A program made the translations under genes and the position numbers. From the NCBI GenBank assembly GCA_002269645.1, contig NIVC01001021.1:124001-188000 (forward strand): DNA of 64,000 nucleotides. Reading direction: 5' to 3'. The notes below the pieces were generated by a model that did not search any database, had not been told where the DNA came from, and saw only the letters and a program-made list of their open reading frames with translations. Source of the DNA: Macrostomum lignano. Lineage: Eukaryota. Shown here piece after piece: positions 10,848 through 19,789 of this stretch (positions within the stretch are counted from its first letter, which is position 1; each line of letters begins with the position of its first letter).

Positions 10848-13800
10848 ACAGCCAGCAGTCTGTAGCCTCGCAACCTGTAAATAGCAGCGATAGTTTTTCT
10901 GTAAATAGTGAATTGAATTCTTTGTATAACAGTAGACATGCGCAACCATTTAATCAATCATTTAATCAACCAAATATTTATTCTCAGCACTTTTCACACG
11001 CACCACAGCAACAACCTTGTTCTAGTAAGCAGCAAATTAAACCACAAAATTTAAGCGAACCAACTAAGAAGCAAAATTACGATCCGTATATTACTGGCAG
11101 CATTCTAAATAAGGAGGTAGTTTATCTATTAGACACTGGCAGCAATAGGAACATTCTAGGACGTGAAACCTGGAAACACTTGTTCACTGGCAAGAATAGT
11201 CACTTAATTAAACAATGGAACAATAGAATCGTATCGTTCACGGAAGAGCCGATTCCAATTAAAGGTTCCGTAGTTATTAAGGCGACATTCGGTGATTTCG
11301 AAGAAGAAATAGAGTTTCTCTTATGTGACGCAGAAGTAGACAATGTAATAGGCGTGACGTTTGTCCAACAATATTGTAATGCTATCGACTTTGAGACAGG
11401 AATGCTAACTATGAAGCAGGGAACCAGAATTCCACTTCGTTCTACCAGAGCTAAGCCTCAGGTTAAGAGAATCTATGTTGCAGAAAAGACGACAGTTCCA
11501 GCTAATAGTTCAGGATTAGTCAAGGTTAGATTAGCCACAGGTAGTGAATCCAATTTCGGAGTGCCGTCAGTTGTTGAGCCACTCAGATCAGGATTGAAGA
11601 CTAGAGCAGAGAAGGTAACTGTAGTACCAAGCTTAGTAACTCTAAGGCAAGGAGAAGCGTATCTAGAAGTGATTAACACCAGCTCACAGGAAGCTAGAGT
11701 GCCAGCAGCAGCACTAGTAGGAATGGCTAAGCCACTTTTAGCTAGTGAATTAAACTATCTTAAAGATCAACCAGAGAAAGAGCAGTTATGCCAGAATAAG
11801 AACACGCAGTTTTGCGAAAACATCAGACAGGTTCAAGACAAGTCAGAAGACTGGATTAGTGAGATTAACATAGGAACTGAACTGACTCAGGAGCAGAGAC
11901 AGAAGGTGATCGAAGTCGTCAAGGAGCATTCAGCAGCTTTCTCGCAGCACGAGTTAGACTTAGGCAGAACGCATTTAGTCACACATGAGATTATCTTGAA
12001 GGACAACAACCCAGTTCAGATACCAGCTAGAAAGATTCCACCTCATTGGATCAAGGAGGTAGATGAGCAGTTAGATCTCATGTTGGCTAGAGGCATCATT
12101 AGGCCTAGTTACTCGCAGTACTCGACTCCATTAGTCATAGTACCTAAGAAAGATGGTTCGCTGAGATTAGTTAACGACTATCGAGCACTAAACAACAAAT
12201 CGGAGTACTTTCCGTATCCAATAACTAATATTAATGAAACATTCTCGTGTCTCCATGGAGCCAGTCAATTTTCTACGTTAGATCTATTCTCAGGATATTA
12301 TCAGATAGCTCTTAGGGAAGAAGATAAATGCAAAACTAGTTTTCCAACTTTACATCGAGGCTCGTTTGAGTACGAAGTTTTGCCAATGGGATTGCAAGGA
12401 GCTCCAGGAACTTTCCAAAGGTGCATGAACTTAGTTCTTAAGGACATTGCACAGAAGTTCGCCATAGCTTACTTAGACGATGTAATAGTTTATAGTACAG
12501 ACTTTGAATCTCACTTAGAACACCTGAAAGAAGTGCTCAAAAGACTAATCCAAGCTAATATGAAACTAAAAGCGAAGAAATGTCACCTTTTCAAATCAGA
12601 ACTGCAATATCTAGGACACATCATAGGCAAATCAGGAATTAAAAGGGATGCGTCAAAGTTAGAAACGATTAGGAACTGGCCAAAACCTAAATCTGTGACA
12701 GAGCTTCGAAGTTTTCTCGGACTCTGTAACTATTATCGAAAGTTTGTTAGAGATTTCGCCGAGGTAGCAGCACCACTCTGTGAGCTAACGAAGAAGAACA
12801 TCAAGTGTATCCAGGACAATTGGACCAGGATTCATGATGAATGCTTCGAGCTGTTGAAGGAACGGATGTGTTCCGAAGAAGTGCTTGCTTACCCAGAGTT
12901 TAATACGGACCCCCAAGTTTATTTTGTGTTAGACACTGATGCATCAGATGTCAGAATTGGGGCGGTCTTAAATCAAGTGCAGAGCGACGGAGTTGAGAGA
13001 CCGATCGCGTATTATAGTCGAAAAATGAGGCAGTCAGAAAGTAGATACCCGATTACGAGGAAGGAGCTTCTAGCGATTGTTGACTCGCTGAAGTACTTCA
13101 GGTTTTACCTCGTAGGGAAACGTTTTAAGGTGCGCACTGATCACAATGCCCTAACCTGGTTGCTTCGCCAGACCGAACAGACAGGCATTTTAGGTCGTTG
13201 GATCGAGAGACTTAGTGAATTTGATTTTGAGATTGAGCATAGAAGTGGCCCTAAGCATGTGAATGCTGATGCTCTATCCAGGATCCCGGATCCTCAACAG
13301 GATGAGTCATCCCCATATGCCAGGTCGCTTAGCTGTAGGGCAACTGTGAACACAGACCCAGCATCAGCTGTTACTGTGAGCTCAGGCAATTCCGCGCAAG
13401 CCGAAACCTGTAGTCTACACAGTGGAGTTACGTCATGCTGTTCGCCGCAGAATATGGCGCCGAACCGACACAATACTCCGAGTTTTAGTAGCAGGTTGCT
13501 AAGCAAAAGGCAAGAACAGGAGCCTAAGGAAAGGTACCCGCTTGTTTGCAATGCACTGCTGAGTGATTATCTTCGTAGCCCTGTGCGTCGCGAAAATTCG
13601 GTCGCAGCTCAGCTAGCCGACCCCGCACTAAGCTATGTCAGGAATCTGATTGAGTCTGACTTGCCGAAACCGAACTTTCAAGAAAGACTAGAATTGTCTC
13701 ACGAGATTAGAAATCTGCTAGGTTATTATGAACTCTTCAGGATAGAAGACGGTGTTCTCCGAATAGACTTAAATTCAGGGCGGACCGAATCTAAAGTGGT

Positions 13801-14620
13801 GTTGCCCAAGTCTTTGGATGGTGAAGTTTTTCACGAATTCCACGATTCACCGTTAGCAGGTCATCTAGGAAGAGATAAAACTTATCAGCGAGTTAAGGAA
13901 AGATTTTGGAGAGTAGGATTAGCTACAGCAGTCGAAAAGTACGTCGCCAAGTGCAAATCTTGTTTAGAAAGTAAATCAAGAAAGCGATGCAAGGCACCAG
14001 TGCAGAATTTTCCTATTGTCGAGCCATTCTCACGCCTTCACATTGATTTGATAGGTCCGATCAGTCAGACTAGCAAATCTGGTAACAAATATGTCTTGTC
14101 AGTTATTGACAGCACTAGCAAATTTCCGTTTGCGTTTGCAATTAAAAATCAGAAGGCTAAGACAGTAATCAAAATTCTGCAGGAGCGAGTTTTCGCCGAC
14201 TTTGGAATACCTCAGTGGATTCACACGGATCAGGGAACACAATTTACAGGGAGAGCATTTAGGAAATTTCTAGACCTCTATGGGATTAGGCACACTAGGA
14301 CAACAAGCTATCATCCACAAAGCAATGGGCTAGTAGAGAATTTAAACAAACAAATTAAGTCAATTCTTACCTGTTTGCTCGAGAAAGAACATGCGAACTG
14401 GGATGTTCTATTGCCCGGTTGTGTAACCGCATTGCGCACCAGTACGCATACAGCCACAGGTTTCAGCCCGCATTATCTTGTGTTTGGAAGAGAGGCCCGG
14501 ATGCCGAGTGACAATGTGTTCCAGCAGCCAAAGGCGTTCGCCGATCTGCCTGCTTACGTTCAAGAGCACTTAACTCACCTGCAAGAGGGGCAAGAACTCG
14601 CCAACAGCGGCTCAAATTAA
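10793..14620 (+). CDS. pol: Pol (protease-RT-RNase H-integrase), -1 frame relative to gag
   Basis: LLDTGS protease, YLDD RT, DTDAS RNase H, H-H-C-C and D,D,E integrase motifs. The frame opens after TAA at 10790-10792 and overlaps the end of gag. Confidence 0.95.
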   Translation, partial: ESGKRSSRKRRRQRFPEVDSQQSVASQPVNSSDSFSVNSELNSLYNSRHAQPFNQSFNQPNIYSQHFSHAPQQQPCSSKQQIKPQNLSEPTKKQNYDPYITGSILNKEVVYLLDTGSNRNILGRETWKHLFTGKNSHLIKQWNNRIVSFTEEPIPIKGSVVIKATFGDFEEEIEFLLCDAEVDNVIGVTFVQQYCNAIDFETGMLTMKQGTRIPLRSTRAKPQVKRIYVAEKTTVPANSSGLVKVRLATGSESNFGVPSVVEPLRSGLKTRAEKVTVVPSLVTLRQGEAYLEVINTSSQEARVPAAALVGMAKPLLASELNYLKDQPEKEQLCQNKNTQFCENIRQVQDKSEDWISEINIGTELTQEQRQKVIEVVKEHSAAFSQHELDLGRTHLVTHEIILKDNNPVQIPARKIPPHWIKEVDEQLDLMLARGIIRPSYSQYSTPLVIVPKKDGSLRLVNDYRALNNKSEYFPYPITNINETFSCLHGASQFSTLDLFSGYYQIALREEDKCKTSFPTLHRGSFEYEVLPMGLQGAPGTFQRCMNLVLKDIAQKFAIAYLDDVIVYSTDFESHLEHLKEVLKRLIQANMKLKAKKCHLFKSELQYLGHIIGKSGIKRDASKLETIRNWPKPKSVTELRSFLGLCNYYRKFVRDFAEVAAPLCELTKKNIKCIQDNWTRIHDECFELLKERMCSEEVLAYPEFNTDPQVYFVLDTDASDVRIGAVLNQVQSDGVERPIAYYSRKMRQSESRYPITRKELLAIVDSLKYFRFYLVGKRFKVRTDHNALTWLLRQTEQTGILGRWIERLSEFDFEIEHRSGPKHVNADALSRIPDPQQDESSPYARSLSCRATVNTDPASAVTVSSGNSAQAETCSLHSGVTSCCSPQNMAPNRHNTPSFSSRLLSKRQEQEPKERYPLVCNALLSDYLRSPVRRENSVAAQLADPALSYVRNLIESDLPKPNFQERLELSHEIRNLLGYYELFRIEDGVLRIDLNSGRTESKVVLPKSLDGEVFHEFHDSPLAGHLGRDKTYQRVKERFWRVGLATAVEKYVAKCKSCLESKSRKRCKAPVQNFPIVEPFSRLHIDLIGPISQTSKSGNKYVLSVIDSTSKFPFAFAIKNQKAKTVIKILQERVFADFGIPQWIHTDQGTQFTGRAFRKFLDLYGIRHTRTTSYHPQSNGLVENLNKQIKSILTCLLEKEHANWDVLLPGCVTALRTSTHTATGFSPHYLVFGREARMPSDNVFQQPKAFADLPAYVQEHLTHLQEGQELANSGSN

Positions 14621-15242
14621 TACAACGTAAGCGTGAGCAGCACTATTCTAACAAACCTAAACAACCAGACTTACCTATAGGGAGCTTAGTTTTCATTAAC
14701 AACCCAGTCATCACACAGACAGAAGCCAACAAGTTCCACAGGAAGAGAAGAGCAGTCTACGAGGTCATAGAACAGTTATCAGAAGTAGTTTACAGGATTA
14801 GATTATTAAACAAAAGTACTAAGGCTAGAAAAGAGGAATTAGTCATGCATAGGGATAATTTACTACCCGTACCAACAGCCGATTACGTTAGTGAGGAAGA
14901 AAAGCCAGAAAGCAGTTGTGCCAGGCGACCGAAACTTCGAGAAATGTACCGCTTAATCCGATGTACGAAGCAGCCGACAGTGAGAGTGAACATGAAGATG
15001 AAGTGCAGTTTGTGCCAGTGCAAATTCAAAATAATGTTCCAGTGCCAGTGCAGGTTATGCCAGTGCAGGATATACCAGTGCAAGATATGCCAGTACAAAA
15101 TAACGAACAGCCAGTAGTCGAAAATAGACCAGTTAGAAATAGACGGGAGCCGAGTAGATTAGCGATAGACCCAGGCCAGAAGAGCTACGTACAGAGAGTA
15201 AAGGAGTTGTTTAACCCCTATCTACTCTTCCAGCTCGAATAG
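14605..15242 (+). pseudogene. Integrase C-terminal (GPY/F-like) domain and Pol tail displaced by two frameshifts (~14605, ~14915)
   Basis: The shifted frame reads RLKLIQRK...KFHRKRRAVYEVIEQLSEVVYRIRL...VMHRDNLLP. A further frame ends ...RPVRNRREPSRL, a typical Gypsy Pol tail. Confidence 0.8.
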
Positions 15243-15246
15243 CATT

Positions 15247-16074
15247 ATGGCTGATGCCCCGGAGCGCATTTATCCTATTAAAAAGATTTATTCCGGAAAA
15301 AGGAGACATGATTCAGACGAAAATGAACCCCCGAGAGTGCGCTCAGTAAGGGTGATAGAAACGGCTGACGAGCCCGAGAAACCCCATCCACGGGAAGAAC
15401 CGATTACGAAGGAAGAAGAAGGCGAAGGTAGATTAATAATAGATCTGGGAGGCGCAGATCTGGAAGCCGAGACAAGGAAGCAGGAAGAAGAGAGAAGAGA
15501 AGAGCACGATGAGTTTTTACGAATGTTGCTAGACGTTAGTCTGCCCGATATTGAAGAGGCCTTGAGCCCTGCCAATGAGGCACCAGTGGCAGAGGAACCA
15601 CCAAGCAATGATGTCCAAGAGCATAAGCCGGCTCCGGTGGCGGATGAGCCTCCCTTGGATGTCGCCGGACTATTTCGAGACGACGTACCACCGCCGAGCA
15701 ACCAAGACGCAGCGACCGAACCTTCCGGCGCCAGTCCAAGGAAGTTCCGGAAGTGCACCAAGGCCCTGAAAAGGTGGTTGCTGCAAACCGGCAACACGGG
15801 CTGGTACGATCCGACAGTGCCAGCGGCCTGCACACGATTTCTCGCTAAGGCTACGGCGGCGCAGCGCATCCAGAGCTTAGAGGTGGCCTGCACCTATGCG
15901 TTGCAGCATGCAGAGGAACGGGCGAAAGGACCAATATCACCGTACCAGGTGAGTGAACATCTACGCGACCTGGCAGAATTATTTGACCCGGAAGGCAAGA
16001 AAACGCCAGCAACCGGCCTGCTTTACCAGTGTGCACAGAGGGCGCCAACCTGCCGACCCCTAGGGAATCTTTGA
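15247..16074 (+). CDS. Third ORF of the Gypsy element (275 aa), function unknown, no signal peptide or TM segment
   Basis: ATG in good context (A at -3, G at +4), 13 nt after a branchpoint/polypyrimidine/CAG acceptor at 15211-15233. Acidic/Pro-rich N-half and helical C-half. Confidence 0.75.
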   Translation: MADAPERIYPIKKIYSGKRRHDSDENEPPRVRSVRVIETADEPEKPHPREEPITKEEEGEGRLIIDLGGADLEAETRKQEEERREEHDEFLRMLLDVSLPDIEEALSPANEAPVAEEPPSNDVQEHKPAPVADEPPLDVAGLFRDDVPPPSNQDAATEPSGASPRKFRKCTKALKRWLLQTGNTGWYDPTVPAACTRFLAKATAAQRIQSLEVACTYALQHAEERAKGPISPYQVSEHLRDLAELFDPEGKKTPATGLLYQCAQRAPTCRPLGNL

Positions 16075-16652
16075 GTTGAAAATTTAATAACCCAGGGATT
16101 AACTCTTCCATTGCTGCTAATTTCCTTACTACACAACCACACAGCTTTAATTTTTTTTCGATGTTGTATGCATTTTTACACAGTGCCATAGTGCCATTTA
16201 TTTTCTTTTTTTTCTCAAATTATTGCACCGCTTCTTTGCCTTATATATCTTTACATATCGATAATATTCAGGAAAGAAACCTATATGGTCATTGCCTATT
16301 TCATTAATCCCATTATGCTCAATTATTACTGTTCAATGCTCACATACTATTGCTCAACTAATATTGTATGGCTTAATTATCGTCGTTTACTTTCATTAAT
16401 CATGTACTCGTACTGTTTATTACTTTTGCTGATAGTATGCTATTATTATTACCTATACTGTATATTACTAATTAATCATACTATGTTCCATACTATGCTA
16501 TGCTACCACTACTCAGTTATTATTATTGCTTAATCATGCTCATTATATTGCTTATATTTAGTCCATGCATGCCACTATTAATACTGTCTGAATTACTTGA
16601 AATAAACCCGACAATAACTAAATATGCAAAGGGGTTTGCACATTTTTTTTTA

Positions 16653-16664
16653 GTGGGGGGTAAG
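16653..16664 (+). promoter_or_regulatory. Polypurine tract
   Basis: GTGGGGGGTAAG immediately before the 3' LTR. Confidence 0.8.
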
Positions 16665-17373
16665 TGTAGTAGGGGGTTTAGTTTCAAGCAGTTTTGCTAA
16701 GGCGTTTGCCTTTCGTCGAGTCAATTATTTTAGTAGCATGAATTCTAGAATAAGCAGTTTTGCTTTTACGCTACTATTAGTAGTTCACCTTTGGGAAAAT
16801 ATCTGAAGTTACGGGAATTCGAGTCTTAGCGGGTTTCTCTATTAGTAAAAGGCTGTTTGGCCTCGGGAAAAGCATCCTGTTCAGGACCGTCCATTGGACA
16901 ACATTTGTAAGAGATCTAAGTCTCAAATAAGCCAGACTAAGGGAGTCTCCCCTTTATAAAATAAAAGAATATATATAAGAAAGTATAAAAGGTAAGATCG
17001 GGGTAAAATAGGGAGGCTAAGAGGAGTCTACCGCTTAGTCAAAACGGAGTCTACCGAGAATAGGAATTAGTACAGTCAGTTAGATAGAAGTACGGGAAAG
17101 GAACCAGGAGTCTACCGGTTCTAATAACGTAGTAATAATAGTGCTTAAATCTTTGCATATTTGGTTCAATAATATCATTTTCTTTTGTTTGTTTATTCCA
17201 ATAATCTTCCATGAAGTCGACTCTTGTCTCACTTATTTTAATCTAAAACTATTATTATAAGGGACATTAGTCTGGTGGCAGCAACCTACCAAATTAGAGT
17301 ACATAATAACAGAAGTAATAATAGAAAACCAGAATAAACCAGTAGCCTAAACCGCAGGTACCACGCGTGTCCA
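16665..17373 (+). repeat. 3' LTR (709 bp)
   Basis: Near-identical to 8708-9416. Confidence 0.95.
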
Positions 17374-17587
17374 GTTATAATATAATATCAATGTAGTTCG
17401 TACATCTTGGGCTGCACGCGGTCAATGATTCATGTACGTCGTATTGTTCACATTTAGAAACTCAAAAAATATACGAGTATAAATCGCTAACTTGCAGGCG
17501 TGGAGGCCAGTTTGGGCCTCTGTTTTCTCGCTCAGCTTAAACCGCAGTCTTCAGACTTTACATAACAGGGCAAGTTTCATAAAATCA

Positions 17588-18215
17588 GCTGAGCCGTTTT
17601 TTTCGGAAACAAATCACTGAGCCGTTTTTTTCGGAAACAAATCACTGAGCCGTTTTTTCGGAAACAAATCACTGAGCCGTTTTTTCGGAAACAAATCACT
17701 GAGCCGTTTTTTTCGGAAACAAATCACTGAGCCGTTTTTTCGGAAACAAATCACTGAGCCGTTTTTTTGGAAACAAATCACTGAGCCGTTTTTTCGGAAA
17801 CAAATCACTGAGCCGTTTTTTCGGAAACAAATCACTGAGCCGTTTTTTCGGAAACAAATCACTGAGCCGTTTTTTCGGAAACAAATCACTGAGCCGTTTT
17901 TTTCGGAAACGAATCACTGAGCCGTTTTTTCGGAAACAAATCATTGAGCCGTTTTTTCGGAAACAAATCATTGAGCCGTTTTTTTCGGAAACAAATCACT
18001 GAGCCGTTTTTTTCGGAAACGAATCACTGAGCCGTTTTTTCGGAAACAAATCACTGAGCCGTTTTTTCGGAAACAAATCACTGAGCCGTTTTTTCGGAAA
18101 CAAATCACTGAGCCGTTTTTTCGGAAACAAATCATTGAGCCGTTTTTTCGGAAACAAATCACTGAGCCGTTTTTTTCGGAAACGAATCACTGAGCCGTTT
18201 TTTCGGAAACAAATC
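17588..18215. repeat. 27-28-bp minisatellite (GAGCCGTTTTTTCGGAAACAAATCACT)
   Basis: About 22 copies with variable T-run length. Confidence 0.95.
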
Positions 18216-18459
18216 ACGCACCTAGATAAAGATAAACCATTTTTAGTATACTGCATGGATGGGTAAATTGATAATAGTGGATAATATTGATCTATACGTT
18301 TGCAAAAAATTGAATTGGAACGAAGCTAAACTGTAAAGTACAGAATTTTTAGATTATTTCAGATTTAGCAAAACAAGGCTTCAGCCTTTTAGTACTAATC
18401 TCAGACTGAAGTATTGAATTCTTACAGCAAGTATTATAATGTTATACAATTTGAATCAG

Positions 18460-18552
18460 GCTGAACCATCCGAAGCTGCTGCTCCGCTGAACGTTCCACA
18501 ACCTCACAACGTACCAGGTCCCAGCTCGATGCCGACAACTAGTGAAGTCAAA
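18460..18552 (+). CDS. Candidate host exon (AEPSEAAAPLNVPQPHNVPGPSSMPTTSEVK)
   Basis: TCAG| acceptor, 93 nt with an open frame, |GTGAGT donor; phase 0-0. Confidence 0.4.
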
Positions 18553-18624
18553 GTGAGTAGACTTTTTTAATTGGCCTTGTGAACAGTTTGGAATTCAAGT
18601 TTTAGGAGGGTTAGTCGAGTAGTC

Positions 18625-19040
18625 GACTCGAGTTTGAGTAGGGTGGGATTCGAGTTTGAGTTTGGAATTCGAGTCTCAGTAGGGGGGGATTCGAGTTTGA
18701 GTAGGGGGGTTCGAGTTTTAGTAGGGTGGGATTCGAGTTTGACTAGTTTGGAATTCGGGTCTCAGTAGGTTGGGATTCGAGTTTGAATAGGGGGGATTCG
18801 AGTTTGAATAGGGGGATTCGAGTTTGAGTAGGGGGGATTCGAGTTTGAGTAGGGGGGATTCGAGTTTGAGTAGGGGGGGATTCGAGTTTGAGTAGGGGGG
18901 ATTCGAGTTTGAGTAGGGGGGATTCGAGTTTGATTAGTTTGGAATTCGAGTCTCAGTAGGTTGGGATTCGAGTTTGAGTAGGGGGTTCGAGTTTGAGTAG
19001 GGGGGATTCGAGTTTGAGTAGGTTGGAATTCGAGTCATAG
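18625..19040. repeat. ~20-bp G-rich minisatellite (GGGGATTCGAGTTTGAGTAG)
   Basis: Read directly from the sequence. Confidence 0.9.
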
Positions 19041-19700
19041 CAGGTTGCACCTTTCTCCAGCCGCGTGCTAGCATGAAGAGTCTGCAAAGTCTGCACAGAT
19101 CTGCAGAAAGGAAATTTCTATGCTTATTACCCAGGCGCCACGTAGCTCAATCTGCACCTGGCTTCAAAGTGCTTGTCTTTCGCAGCAGATGGGACCATTC
19201 TTTTGCGCCCAGCATCAGACGTTTGTAACATTTTTCCCTCAGCAATTTTCAGTCGCCTACCCTGGATAAATCAGCTTTGACCGCACGTTTGTTTATAATT
19301 CCTGCTGAGAAAAGACAGCTGCTTGCAGAACCTTACCTATGCGTTCCACGCCTGATTAATAACCCTTAGTGGTACCTTTGAATTCGTTGTAGGTAAGGTA
19401 TAGTTTAGTAATCCATTATATTCCCTGTATCTATACAGCTGACTAGATTCATAACTTGTTTAAATTTTTTTTATTATTAAATTTGTTTAATTATTCATAA
19501 TTAAGATCCATAATTATATTCCTTCATCGATGACGTTGACTAGATTAGCAATCCAATTACATTCTCTGTATCAATACTCTTGGCTAGATTAGCAATCCAT
19601 TACTCTATTCATTTTCGATTCATTCAGTATTCAATTTCGCAACAACAGCAGTGGCAGCAGCAACAGCAGCAACAGCAGCAACAGCAGCAACAGCAGCAAC

Positions 19701-19769
19701 GGTGGGCAATGGGACCGCTTTCTCGTAGCGCCCCCGAGCACATGGATCCCCCATGTGGCGAAGTGTCCC
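19701..19769 (+). ncRNA. HDV-like self-cleaving ribozyme motif at the element 5' end
   Basis: P1 GGUGGGC/GCCC-CC, P2 GGGAC-C/GUGUCCC, P3 GCU/AGC, L3 UUCUCGU, P1.1 UC/GA, P4 CACAUGG/CCAUGUG, J4/2 GCGAA. P1 and P2 each lack one A. Confidence 0.8.
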
Positions 19770-19789
19770 TCCTTCCCCGGACAGCACGT

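Larger units (their letters stand above)
8708..17373 (+). mobile_element. Young full-length Ty3/Gypsy LTR retrotransposon (8666 bp) with 4-bp TSD GTTA
   Basis: Two 709-bp TG...CA LTRs, GTTA at 8704-8707 and 17374-17377, PBS, PPT, gag, pol and a third ORF. Confidence 0.97.
6625..17562 (+). mobile_element. Old decayed Ty3/Gypsy-type LTR retrotransposon. 5' LTR 6625-6731, internal region 6732-8654, 3' LTR 8655-8707 + 17378-17562 (split by a younger insertion)
   Basis: Both LTR copies share TGTA.TG.CTTGCAATATT...AACTGAGTGAGTGAGTTA...TATAATATCAATGTA...AAACCGCAGTCTT...TTACA. A purine tract GGGAGAAA precedes 8655. Internal gag/pol remnants are present. Confidence 0.8.

Noticed and set aside
17588-18215. 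Regular ~28-bp repeats resembling a CRISPR array (also 26305-28155 and 35238-36245)
   Set aside because: Units are head-to-tail with no unique spacers, there are no cas genes, and the context is eukaryotic.
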